Below, one piece after another: positions 26,379-35,207 of a DNA stretch of 41,959 nt. The translations under genes and the position numbers were made by a program. Under the pieces are notes generated by a model. It was not told where the DNA came from. It did no database searches and saw only the letters and a program-made list of their open reading frames with translations. Location: the NCBI GenBank assembly GCA_963830915.1, contig CAWHOE010000002.1, forward strand, positions 1-41,959. Direction: 5' to 3'. The first letter of the stretch is position 1. Each line of letters starts with the position of its first letter. The DNA is from a candidate division FCPU426 bacterium. GTDB lineage: Bacteria; Oederibacteriota; Muellerivitia; Muellerivitales; Muellerivitaceae.

Positions 26379-27568
26379 GAGTTGCCTCCCGTTTGAATGG
26401 CCTCGATGGGCCTGATGCGCGCCGCCTTCCAGGCCGGATACAGCCCGCTGACCAGCCCGACAGCCAGGATGAGTCCCAGACCCGACAGGGCCAGCAGGGG
26501 GCTGATCTGGATCATGGAACCAGTCGGCGCGTAAGGCAGGACGTTGCGGATGGCCAGGTCGGTCGCCTTTTCCAGGGCGAAGGCCAGCAAATTGCCCAGG
26601 ACGCCCCCGGTCAGGCAAAGGAACAAGGTTTCCAGCAGGATGAGCTTGAAGATGTCCAGGGGCATGGCCCCCATGCTCTTGAGGATGCCGATCTCCTTGT
26701 ACCGCTCGAAGACCGACATGATGATGGTGTTGATGACCCCGATCATGGCGATGAGGACGGCGATGACCGCGATGGAAAAGACCATGATCCGGGCGGTGCC
26801 CACCAGGCTGATGATGGTGTCCTTCACCTGCGCCATGGAGACCACCTGCACGTCCGGCAGGTTGTAGAGCTTGTCCTCCAGCTTCTGGGAATCCAGTCCC
26901 TTCTTGATCCTCACGCCCACCCCCGTCAGCTGGCCGGTCTTCTTGAATATCTTCTGGACCGTCCCCAGGGGAAGGAAGATCGTCCCGTCGTCCTGGGTGC
27001 CGGTGCGCTGGAGGATACCGACGATCTTGATCTTGTCGCTTTTTCCCGGGATGAGGATCATGTCCCCCACTTCCCTTTGCTCCAGTTCGGCGGCCTCGTA
27101 GCCCATGACCGCCTCTTCCGCCCCTGTGTCCTTGAACCAGGAACCCTGAACGAACTTCAGGTAGGCCTTCATGTCCGGGAAAGTCTTCGGGTCCACGCCC
27201 AGGTAAGGCGTGACGCCCCCGCTTTCCCCCTTGTTGGGGTCGAAGACCGCCTGCATCAGCATGGGGGTCGTCCCCTCGACCTCCGGGTTCCCCATGATCC
27301 GTTCCACCATGCTTTGGCTGATGTAGCGCAGGCCCGTCCCGCCCTTGAGCATCAGGGTGGCGGCTTCATAGGGGCATCCCTTGGCGGCCACCAGTATCTG
27401 GAAGCCCATATTATCGATGTCCTTGTTCAGGGCCGACTCGTATCCCCGGTTGAAGCCGTTCAGGCTCACCAGCACCCAGGTGGAGAGGGCGATGCCGATG
27501 ACGGTGAGGAAAGTCCGGGTTTTCTTTCGAAGCAGGTTCCGGGAAGCGACTTGCGCGATGTTAAGCAT
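26375..27568 (-). CDS. ABC transporter permease (MacB/FtsX-type)
   Basis: RNLLRKKTRTFLTVIGIA, periplasmic domain, SVFERYKEIGILKSMGA, GLYPAWKAARIRPIEA. Confidence 0.92.
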   Translation of the reverse strand: MLNIAQVASRNLLRKKTRTFLTVIGIALSTWVLVSLNGFNRGYESALNKDIDNMGFQILVAAKGCPYEAATLMLKGGTGLRYISQSMVERIMGNPEVEGTTPMLMQAVFDPNKGESGGVTPYLGVDPKTFPDMKAYLKFVQGSWFKDTGAEEAVMGYEAAELEQREVGDMILIPGKSDKIKIVGILQRTGTQDDGTIFLPLGTVQKIFKKTGQLTGVGVRIKKGLDSQKLEDKLYNLPDVQVVSMAQVKDTIISLVGTARIMVFSIAVIAVLIAMIGVINTIIMSVFERYKEIGILKSMGAMPLDIFKLILLETLFLCLTGGVLGNLLAFALEKATDLAIRNVLPYAPTGSMIQISPLLALSGLGLILAVGLVSGLYPAWKAARIRPIEAIQTGGNS

Positions 27569-27571
27569 GGC

Positions 27572-28216
27572 TCACTTTCCTTTCTCGGACCCGGTCGGTC
27601 CCTGGGGGTGGTAAATGAATTCGTCCATGAGGATCAGGTTCTTCTTCACGGCCCGAAGGATAGCGGCGAAATCCGCCTGGTCCGTTGGGACGGGCGCCTT
27701 CAGCGCGGGCGGGTCCGTAAGCCCCATGAATTTTCCGCTCGCCAGGTCGTAATGGGCGAACTCTTTCAAGGAAAGGCCGATGAACTGACGGCCGAAGGCC
27801 TTGGACCGGAACTGACTGGCCCCTTCCGAGGTCAACTTCTGTATATAAAAGGCCGTGATCACCCCGTCCTTGGTCAGGGAAAGGAAAACCTGGATGCCGC
27901 CATACTGCCCCTTCTGGTTCACCCCGTGGATGTAACCGGCGACCGCCTTGCCCTTGTGGACCTCATAGAGGGTGTAAGGCACTTCCGCTGTCTCATAAAG
28001 GCCCTTGAACTTCTCCCCCAGGCGGGTCTCCACGCGGGAAAGGAGAACGTCCCCTCCGTTATCACGGATGGACATATAGAGGGTTTTGTAGCCCGTGGAA
28101 TCCGGGAACAGCCGGGCCACATCCCGGTCCGGGTCGTTGAGGTCGCAGCCTACCGCGCCCCAAAGACGCCCGGTGAAAAGCGTGAAAAGCAGCAGTAAAA
28201 GCATTTTTGTTTTCAA
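27572..28216 (-). CDS. Exported protein, FMN-binding-domain-like
   Basis: Signal peptide; KGQYGGIQVFLSL..DG.I......F..QF.G pattern resembles RnfG/NqrC-type folds. TTG start overlaps upstream stop. Confidence 0.55.
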   Translation of the reverse strand: MKTKMLLLLLFTLFTGRLWGAVGCDLNDPDRDVARLFPDSTGYKTLYMSIRDNGGDVLLSRVETRLGEKFKGLYETAEVPYTLYEVHKGKAVAGYIHGVNQKGQYGGIQVFLSLTKDGVITAFYIQKLTSEGASQFRSKAFGRQFIGLSLKEFAHYDLASGKFMGLTDPPALKAPVPTDQADFAAILRAVKKNLILMDEFIYHPQGPTGSEKGK

Positions 28217-29193
28217 AGGAACAGCCTCCTGTAAAAGTAGATCTGACCGACGATGTTGTTGAAGTTTCCCCGCGAGTCATGGATATCCATGGCCCGCAAG
28301 GTGAGGGTGTCGTTGAGGATGTAGGTGACCCCCGCAAAAACCTTGAGGTCGTCCGTTTGGCCTGGACCGCTCAGGTAAATCGGCTGGACTTCCAACTTGA
28401 GCCTATTCTCGTCCAGCAAATTGACACCCACTCGGAAGAGAGTCCCGGTGATGGTCCGGCCATCCTGTCCGCCCCCGACCGTTTCCAGTTTGAATTCGTA
28501 ATTCAGCCAGTTGAGGCTTGCGTCCACACCCGCCATTTCCCTTTCCATCGGCGGACCTCCCATCAGGTCGTATCCCATGATGTCCAGAACCCTGCCCTTC
28601 GAGAGGCTGAGCCCAACGGTGACGTTGTCCCTTTCCAGGACGCCGTAGGAGAACCTGGCGTCGGCCAGGTAATTCCCATTCTCGATCAATGGCATACCGG
28701 ACCCGGTCGTAAGTGAAAAGGCGATATCCCCATCGGCGTAGGTTTTATAAAAACCCGCGCCCCAATCCCTGTCCAAACCCAGGCCTTCCATGGCCAGGGT
28801 CTGCAGCAGGGTTCCGTGGGTATCGAGAAAGGAGGAAAGACCGAAAGCGGGGCGGTCGTGGCCGACCCAGATATCCGCCCAGGGGAACTTTTCCTTGAAG
28901 TAGGCGTTGTAGACCTGGGGTTGGACCTGGCCGGTGAAGTCGTAAGCCAGCCTGGCCTGGAGCGCCGCCACTCCCCAGTCGCCGTCATCCGAACTGAGGC
29001 GCTGGAGATAGTCGAACCCCACCGAGGTCTTTTGCATGACATCGTCCGGGTCCAAGGAATAGCCGATAGCTTTCGCGCCCTGGCTCGAATACCCGCCCAC
29101 ACCCTGGCTTTCCAGGTACAGGAGTGACTCGGCGCCCTGGACGGAGGAAGCCAGAAGGCTTAACCCCAGAAGGAGGGAGGCCCTTTTAGACAT
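28213..29193 (-). CDS. Putative outer-membrane beta-barrel protein
   Basis: Signal peptide, alternating amphipathic strands, aromatic-rich C-terminal strand GQIYFYRRLFL. Confidence 0.65.
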   Translation of the reverse strand: MSKRASLLLGLSLLASSVQGAESLLYLESQGVGGYSSQGAKAIGYSLDPDDVMQKTSVGFDYLQRLSSDDGDWGVAALQARLAYDFTGQVQPQVYNAYFKEKFPWADIWVGHDRPAFGLSSFLDTHGTLLQTLAMEGLGLDRDWGAGFYKTYADGDIAFSLTTGSGMPLIENGNYLADARFSYGVLERDNVTVGLSLSKGRVLDIMGYDLMGGPPMEREMAGVDASLNWLNYEFKLETVGGGQDGRTITGTLFRVGVNLLDENRLKLEVQPIYLSGPGQTDDLKVFAGVTYILNDTLTLRAMDIHDSRGNFNNIVGQIYFYRRLFL

Positions 29194-29599
29194 TGAAGTT
29201 GATCATTCCGGTGAGCAAGAGCTTCTTTTGCTTTTCCACCAGGACGGTCACTTGCCACTTCCCCGGCATGGTGATATCGACGGGAAGCAGGAAGTCCTTC
29301 TTCTTGTTCTTCAGGAAAGTCACTTTTCCCGAATTGGAATCGCGCATCTCGGGCATGTCCGAAATGCCGGTCAAGACCAGCCCGTCCACGGGCTTGCCGT
29401 CCTTACCGGTCACTTTGATCTTGAGGATGACCATCCCCATGGCCGGCCGGACGTTGAAGCTGTAGGTCAGGGTCATATCCTTGCCTATGACGGTATTCGT
29501 TCCCGGCTGACCCAGGTCCTGGATCTTCGCATCGGCCGGGACGTCGGTGACCATGATCGTCGAGAGGATCATTAGAATTACGGATAGGATTTTTTTCAT
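29186..29599 (-). CDS. FixH/YtkA-like periplasmic protein
   Basis: Signal peptide; DGKPVDG...DMPEM...VDITMPGKWQVTV. AAGGAG RBS. Confidence 0.75.
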   Translation of the reverse strand: MKKILSVILMILSTIMVTDVPADAKIQDLGQPGTNTVIGKDMTLTYSFNVRPAMGMVILKIKVTGKDGKPVDGLVLTGISDMPEMRDSNSGKVTFLKNKKKDFLLPVDITMPGKWQVTVLVEKQKKLLLTGMINFNV

Positions 29600-29679
29600 G
29601 GAGCCACTCCTTTTTGAGCGCGTAAGCGCGAGTAAGCGGAAGCCTTGGGCTTTCGCTTCACGACCTCAAAAGGGATGGA

Positions 29680-30030
29680 TCAGATTCTTAGGACAGGGGA
29701 ACTTCGAGGGGGGGATTCAACGACCGTGAGGATGACATCGACCGGCGCCGCCGTTAAAAAGGACGGCTGGTAGACCTTGCCCATTACCACGGCCGGAGCC
29801 GCGGCGGGAGCTTGGGCCATCGAGAGGGAAACCGTCGATTGGTCCATGATCTTGCACAGGGGATTATGGGCCTGATGGCCCTGACAGCATTTCATGTTAC
29901 CCATGTGGGCCATGGGGCAGGCGGAGGTTTGGGACATGGCGGGGCCATGGCACAGACCGCAGGGGGTCAAGGCGACCAACAAGCCCATCACCAGGACCGT
30001 TCGATTAAGGATCGAGAACAACTTATTCAT
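29680..30030 (-). CDS. Exported Cys/His/Met-rich leader protein
   Basis: Signal-like N-terminus, CGLCH, CPMAHM, CC..H..H..LC, C-terminal SPPRSSPVLRI. AGGA RBS. Confidence 0.7.
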   Translation of the reverse strand: MNKLFSILNRTVLVMGLLVALTPCGLCHGPAMSQTSACPMAHMGNMKCCQGHQAHNPLCKIMDQSTVSLSMAQAPAAAPAVVMGKVYQPSFLTAAPVDVILTVVESPPRSSPVLRI

Positions 30031-30167
30031 ATTTGAATCCTACATCCTTTGCCCGGAAATCGCAAATCACCCCAGGTTCGATGGTCCTATATTGGCCTAA
30101 AGCGGCCTGGGCGAATATGACCAAGCTTAGGGAATACTAAATTCCTCTGAAATATCAAACCCGGGGC

Positions 30168-30204
30168 TTGACATAAGTCCCAGTTAGTTGATAATCATTA
30201 TCAA
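30168..30204 (+). promoter_or_regulatory. Sigma-70 promoter overlapped by Fur-family box
   Basis: TTGACA-N16-GATAAT; perfect 8-1-8 palindrome TTGATAAT-C-ATTATCAA at 30188-30204. Confidence 0.85.
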
Positions 30205-30285
30205 TTAGACGGGCACCCTATTTTCGATGTTCTTGACGAAGAATTCCGGGATAGGGCGGCAAAATCAATGAAAAGGGGAACTGTT

Positions 30286-31059
30286 ATGTTAAAAGTAAAA
30301 AGAATTCTGGCGGTCTTAAGTCTATTATCCCTCCCGGCCTTATCCACGGCCGGGGACAGGCACTTCATCTATAACTATGAAAGCGCGGTTTTGGACTCGG
30401 GTGAAAGGGAGATCGAGACCTACACCACCTACAGGTTCGGGCGCGACCAATTCTATTCCGCCATGGACCAGAGCCTGGAGTTCGAGGTGGGCTTGGGCGG
30501 GGATACGCAGACTTCCCTTTACCTCAATTTCACCCAGGAATTCTCGGACCAAGGTTCGGGGGCCCAATTGAGCGGCGGGCCAGTCCTGGACGGCATTTCC
30601 AACGAGTGGAAATTCAAGTTATCCGATAGTTCGGCCGACTTGGTGGGCCTGGGACTTTATTTCGAGCCGGAATTCGAGCCGGATGATTTCGAGCTGGAAA
30701 CCAAGGTGATCATCGACAAAAAGATCGGCTCTTTCTTGGGAACCTTCAATTTTTTGGCCGCTCCGGCCTATAGCTATGTGACCAACACCTCTTCTATATT
30801 ATTGAGGCCATCATTGGGGATGGGTCTATTCGCTACCGAAAGACTGTTCATAGGGTTTGAATCCCAGGACGAGAACTTTTATGACGACCAACCTATGAGG
30901 TCGGTCTTTTCGCTGGGACCCCTCGTCGAATATTCGGGCAAGGATTGGTGGGTGGCCGCGACCTATCTCCCGCAGATCGCCAATATCGGGAATGGCTCCC
31001 TGAATTTCACCGATAGTCAACGCAACCAGGTCCGTGTGGCCACATCCTTTAGCCTGTAG
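30286..31059 (+). CDS. Putative outer-membrane porin (DUF6662-like)
   Basis: Signal peptide; RHFIYNYES...GEREIE, EFEVGL, SNEWKFKLSD, ELETKVIIDK; strand-like C-terminus. AAGGGG RBS. Confidence 0.65.
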   Translation: MLKVKRILAVLSLLSLPALSTAGDRHFIYNYESAVLDSGEREIETYTTYRFGRDQFYSAMDQSLEFEVGLGGDTQTSLYLNFTQEFSDQGSGAQLSGGPVLDGISNEWKFKLSDSSADLVGLGLYFEPEFEPDDFELETKVIIDKKIGSFLGTFNFLAAPAYSYVTNTSSILLRPSLGMGLFATERLFIGFESQDENFYDDQPMRSVFSLGPLVEYSGKDWWVAATYLPQIANIGNGSLNFTDSQRNQVRVATSFSL

Positions 31060-31067
31060 GAAGAGAA

Positions 31068-31526
31068 ATGAGAGCGAAACGTTCGATTTTGTTTCTGGGA
31101 ATGTCGGCGGGCCTGACTTTTTGGGCCCTGCCGCCTTCCTGGCTTCACGCGGATCCCCAAGCGACTCCGCGGACCAAGATAGACTTTAAAACCATGGTTT
31201 TGCCTGTCCTTCAAAGAAGTTGTTTTACCTGCCATGAGTCAAAAACGACCCAACAGATCCTGGGCCAATCGGATAACGGACTGGGAAAGAAAAGGGCGAA
31301 GGAAATAGGGGAGGCCATTGGCGACTTTGAAATGGGGCCCCACTTCCCTTTCCCCGATGACCGTACACCCAAGACCCAATTGGGGAAAATGGAACGAAAA
31401 CTGCGCCATCAAGCCATGCCGCCCGACATCCAAGGCAAACTGAAGTTGGGTTCGCCGCTTTCCGACGCTGACCGGGATCTGTTGCTGGGTTGGATCTCGC
31501 AAACCCGGGGCGACTACAAGGAATGA
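31068..31526 (+). CDS. Monoheme c-type cytochrome (heme-binding domain)
   Basis: Signal peptide; PVLQRSCFTCHE (CxxCH), MPP axial Met, LSDADRDLLLGW. Confidence 0.85.
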   Translation: MRAKRSILFLGMSAGLTFWALPPSWLHADPQATPRTKIDFKTMVLPVLQRSCFTCHESKTTQQILGQSDNGLGKKRAKEIGEAIGDFEMGPHFPFPDDRTPKTQLGKMERKLRHQAMPPDIQGKLKLGSPLSDADRDLLLGWISQTRGDYKE

Positions 31527-31666
31527 CCGATACAAAAGTGGAAATAGATCCTCATCCCGTATAAACGGCCCGTTAAACTTTGCCTCATCCCTTTCTTTAC
31601 GTTGTATTTATTCCTCGGCATCCACTAATGTAGGCCTGTTTCGCAAATCCTAAGGAGGCTGTGGCT

Positions 31667-32413
31667 ATGAGACTAACGGGACGGACGGTTCTGATCACGG
31701 GCGGTGGTTCGGGTATCGGCGGCGGGCTGGCGGAGGCTTTCCACGAGTTGGGCAACAAGGTCATCATCACGGGCCGGCGCCCCAACGTCTTGAAGGAAAT
31801 GACCCACAAACACAAGGGTATGGAAGCTTACGCCATGGACGTGTCGGACGCGGGCGATGTTCAGAAAATGTTCAAGGCCGTCTCCAAGAAGTTCCCCTCC
31901 CTGGATGTGGTGATCAACAACGCCGGGCTGATGCTTTGGCCTGATTTCGCGGGCGGGAAGAACCTGGGGAATGACCTGTTCCTGGAGATCGACGTCAATC
32001 TCAAGGGCCTCATCCAGATGACGACGGTCTTTTTGCCCCTGCTCAAGAAGCAAAAAGAAGCCTCTCTGATCAATGTCAGTTCGGGTTTGGCCTTCGTGCC
32101 TCTCGCTCCCACGCCCATTTATTGCGCCACCAAAGCGGCGGTCCATTCCTTCTCCGATTCCCTTCGGTATCAGCTCAAGGGCACGTCGGTGGAAGTGATC
32201 GAGATCGCCCCGCCCGCGGTGGAGACAGGCCTGGGCCAGGCGCCTGGAAAGCCGGAGGGCAATTATCCCCGGATGCCTTTGGATCAATTCACCAAGGAAA
32301 CCATGAAAGCTTTGGGTGGGAAGAAGAAGGAAATATTGATCGGCGGGGCCAAGTTCCTGAAATTCGGGTCGCGGTTCTTCCCCGGCAAGGTTTTCAAGAT
32401 ACTGAATCCTTAA
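31667..32413 (+). CDS. Short-chain dehydrogenase (DltE-like)
   Basis: TGGGSGIG, NNAG, NVSSGLAF, YCATK, VIEIAPPAV. AAGGAGG RBS. Confidence 0.92.
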   Translation: MRLTGRTVLITGGGSGIGGGLAEAFHELGNKVIITGRRPNVLKEMTHKHKGMEAYAMDVSDAGDVQKMFKAVSKKFPSLDVVINNAGLMLWPDFAGGKNLGNDLFLEIDVNLKGLIQMTTVFLPLLKKQKEASLINVSSGLAFVPLAPTPIYCATKAAVHSFSDSLRYQLKGTSVEVIEIAPPAVETGLGQAPGKPEGNYPRMPLDQFTKETMKALGGKKKEILIGGAKFLKFGSRFFPGKVFKILNP

Positions 32414-32430
32414 AAACCTTAAAAAATATT

Positions 32431-32517
32431 TTCACCACCAAGACAGCAAGTAAGTCTTTTCCTGAAAAATCAAGTTTTAGTTTTTGCTTTTCTTGGTGAC
32501 TTGGTGTCTTGGTGGTT
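32431..32517. repeat. REPIN-like element with inverted periodic arms
   Basis: TTCACCACCAAGACAGCAAG ... TTCTTGGTGACTTGGTGTCTTGGTGGTT; shares TTTTGCTTTTCTTGGTG with 24956-25070. Confidence 0.75.
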
Positions 32518-32529
32518 AGAATGGGTTTT

Positions 32530-33326
32530 ATGAAAAATGACATCATCGAGGTCAAGAACCTCACCAAAAAGTTCGGCGACTTCACCGCCGTGAACGACAT
32601 TTCCTTCACCGTAGGCCGGGGGCGTATCTTCGGCTTCCTCGGCCCCAACGGCGCTGGCAAGACCACCTCCATCAAGATGCTCACCACCCTCCTGAAACCC
32701 ACCACAGGCCGAATTCTCCTGGACGGCCAAGACCCCGCCGTCGACCAGACGGCGGTGCGCCGAACCTTCGGCATCGTCTTCCAGGACCCCAGTCTGGACG
32801 ACGAACTGACGGCCCGGGAGAACATGGAATTCCACGGGGTCCTCTATAAGGTGCCCGGGCTCTGAGGAAACAACGCATCGAGGAACTGCTCAAGATCGTC
32901 GAGTTGTGGGACCGGCGCGACGACCTGGTAAAACAGTTTTCCGGCGGGATGAAGCGCCGCCTGGAGATCGCCCGGGGCCTTTTACATCATCCCCGCGTCC
33001 TTTTCCTGGACGAGCCCACCGTGGGCCTGGACCCCCAGACCCGCAACCATATCTGGAGCTATATCCAAAACCTCAATAAAAAAGAGATGATCACGGTATT
33101 CTTCACCACCCATTACATGGAAGAAGCCGACCGGGTGGCCGACGAGGTGACCATCATCGACCACGGCAAGATCGCGGCCCAGGGCACGCCCTCAGCCCTC
33201 AAGAAAAAAGCCAAGGCCAAGACCCTGGACGAGGCCTTCATCAAGCTTACCGGCCATTCCCTGCGCGACGAGGACGCCACTGAGATCGACGGCATGCGCA
33301 TGCACCGAAAAATGTGGAGGCGCTGA
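32530..33326 (+). CDS. DrrA-type ABC exporter ATPase (one frameshift near 32860)
   Basis: GPNGAGKTT in the first half; FSGGMKRRLEIARG, LDEPT.GLDP, TTHYMEEA in the second. Adding one G gives VPGALRKQRIEELLK. Confidence 0.85.
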
Positions 33327-33327
33327 C

Positions 33328-34072
33328 ATGAGCACCATTTACATCATGTGGATCCGTCAACTGAAACGCTATTTCCGTTCCAAACCCCGGATGATCGGTT
33401 CCCTGGGCCAGCCCCTCATCTTCCTGCTGGCGTTCGGCTTTGGGTTCGGCCAGCATCTATTCCCAGGCGGGCAAGGGTGACTATCTACAGTTTCTGGCGC
33501 CGGGGGTGATCGCCATGGGCGTGCTCTTCACGGGCGTCTTTTCGGGGATCGAGATCATCTGGGACCGGCAATTCGGGTTCCTCAAGGAAACCCTGGTGGC
33601 TCCCGTGCCCCGGCTTCATATCATGATCGGGCGCACCTTGGGCGGAGCAACCGTGGCCATGTTCCAGGGCGCGATCATCCTGGGACTGGCCGCCCTGTTC
33701 GGTTATCGGCCCTCGATTTCCGAACTGCCGCTTGCGTTGGTCTTTATGTTCCTCATCGCTGTGCTTTTCACCGCCTTCGGCACGGCCCTGGCGTCCCAGG
33801 TGGATGATATGCAGAGCTTTCCCCTGTTCATGAACTTCCTCGTCATGCCCCTTTTCTTTTTGTCCGGGGCCATGTTCCCGCTGGCCGGTCTTCCCCCCGG
33901 GATGGCCATCGTCACCACCCTGAACCCGCTTTCTTACGGGGTGGACGGTTTGCGGTCGGCCTTGGGGCAACCTTCATTTTATGGAATGGGATTGGACTTG
34001 CTGGTTTTATGCCTTTGCTCGGCACTGCTATTGGCGGTGGGAAGCTATCTTTTCTCGAAGATACAGATCTAG
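33328..34072 (+). CDS. ABC-2 (DrrB-type) permease (one frameshift near 33450)
   Basis: MSTIYIMWIRQLKRYFRSKPRMIGSLGQP joins SIYSQAG...FLAPG...WDRQFGFLKETLVAP...FLSGAMFP...NPLSYGVD after removing one base. Confidence 0.85.
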
Positions 34073-34131
34073 CGAACTTCCGCTATGGGCAGAGTGTCCC
34101 CTGCCCATTCTCACGAACACTCGAATTTTTA

Positions 34132-34731
34132 TTACGTGATCTTTTCCAATATACCCTTTAACTCTTCGTACGATTCCGCCCGGCGCAATCCTTTTTCCTG
34201 TTCCTTCAATGCGTCGCAGGCCTTGAACAATATCCCCACATCCGCGCCCTTGAGCATCTTCACGTCATTGAATGAATCACCGACCGCGATCGTCCCAAAA
34301 CCAGCTTCCTTGAAACGCTTGATCACTTCGATCTTGCCGTCCGGCTCGCGCAATGTATAACCGGTCACCATCCCCTTTTCATCGATCACCAGGGAGTTGG
34401 CGTAAGTGAAGGGATTCCCGATCTTTTCCGTGAGAGGCCCGATATAGTCGTAATAACTCCCGGTCAGGATGGCGACCTGCGCCCTGGTCCTTAACCAGTC
34501 CAAGAATTCTTTCGCGCCCTCAAAAGCCTCCATTTTGGCGACGATCTTGTGCATTTCATGGATGCCGAGGCCGTGTTTTTTCAGAAAACCTATCCTCATC
34601 TTCATCAACACATCGTAATCAGGCTCATCCCTGGTCGTTTTCATGAGTTCGGGAATACCGGTGATCTTGGAAAACTCTTCCCAGAACTCAGGGATCAGCA
34701 CTCCCTCCAGGTCAAAACATACCACCTTCAT
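34132..34731 (-). CDS. thrH: Phosphoserine phosphatase/homoserine phosphotransferase
   Basis: DLEGVLIPEFW...TTRDEPDYDVLMKMR; GDSFND HAD motif. Confidence 0.9.
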   Translation of the reverse strand: MKVVCFDLEGVLIPEFWEEFSKITGIPELMKTTRDEPDYDVLMKMRIGFLKKHGLGIHEMHKIVAKMEAFEGAKEFLDWLRTRAQVAILTGSYYDYIGPLTEKIGNPFTYANSLVIDEKGMVTGYTLREPDGKIEVIKRFKEAGFGTIAVGDSFNDVKMLKGADVGILFKACDALKEQEKGLRRAESYEELKGILEKIT

Positions 34732-34968
34732 ATTGTTACCCCCGGACGGATGGAATCGCGCATGTCTGACCTTTCCCATGTATTCGATACAAAAATCGCG
34801 TTAGTTTAACTGATTTCAACCGGGCCACGATTGGATATGTCCTTGGCGGACACCAACCGATCGTTGATGTTCTTCCGTCTTTTACCTTTCCCAACATCTT
34901 TATCGGATTAATGGCCCATTAAAACGGCCAAAATACATGAAAAATGGCCCAAAATACAACCTAAAGAC

Positions 34969-34991
34969 AATATTAAGATTTTATTAAGATT
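34969..34991. promoter_or_regulatory. Candidate response-regulator operator (11-bp direct repeat)
   Basis: AATATTAAGATTTTATTAAGATT (TATTAAGATT twice); matches 10471-10493. Confidence 0.6.
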
Positions 34992-35043
34992 GGCTCTTCT
35001 AACCCCTGATTCATTGAATCCACATTAAAAAAAGATAAAGATT

Positions 35044-35201
35044 CTCCGCTATAGCCGAATCGCTCAAGCGCCGATGTACCAAAGCGTTATCGAGCGAACG
35101 GGGGACCCAATCCGTTTGGGGCTAAGACTTGATACCGCCAGGGATCAAGCCGGCGAGCCTTTCGCGCCGAGCCCGACAGCTAACCCCGCAGGCTTCGGAG
35201 G
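35044..35201 (+). ncRNA. c-di-AMP riboswitch (ydaO/yuaA leader)
   Basis: GCCGAATC...GAACGGGGGACCCA...TGGGGCTAA...CCGAGCCCGACAGCTAACCCCGCAGGC in canonical order, directly upstream of a KimA/YdaO-like gene. Confidence 0.9.
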
Positions 35202-35207
35202 ATACGA

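Noticed and set aside
26393..28198. 601-aa + strand ORF and other long antisense ORFs (6847-8052, 10619-11572, 15471-16559, 38845-39945)
   Set aside because: They shadow well-supported genes; expected from high GC3 codon bias; no motifs.
29947..29961. CGLCH as a heme-c site in the leader protein
   Set aside because: No cytochrome-like fold context; the surrounding Cys/His/Met composition fits metal binding better. Not fully excluded.
32850..32870. Programmed frameshifting in the ABC ATPase and other split genes
   Set aside because: No slippery site or stimulatory structure; the scattered indel pattern fits sequencing error.
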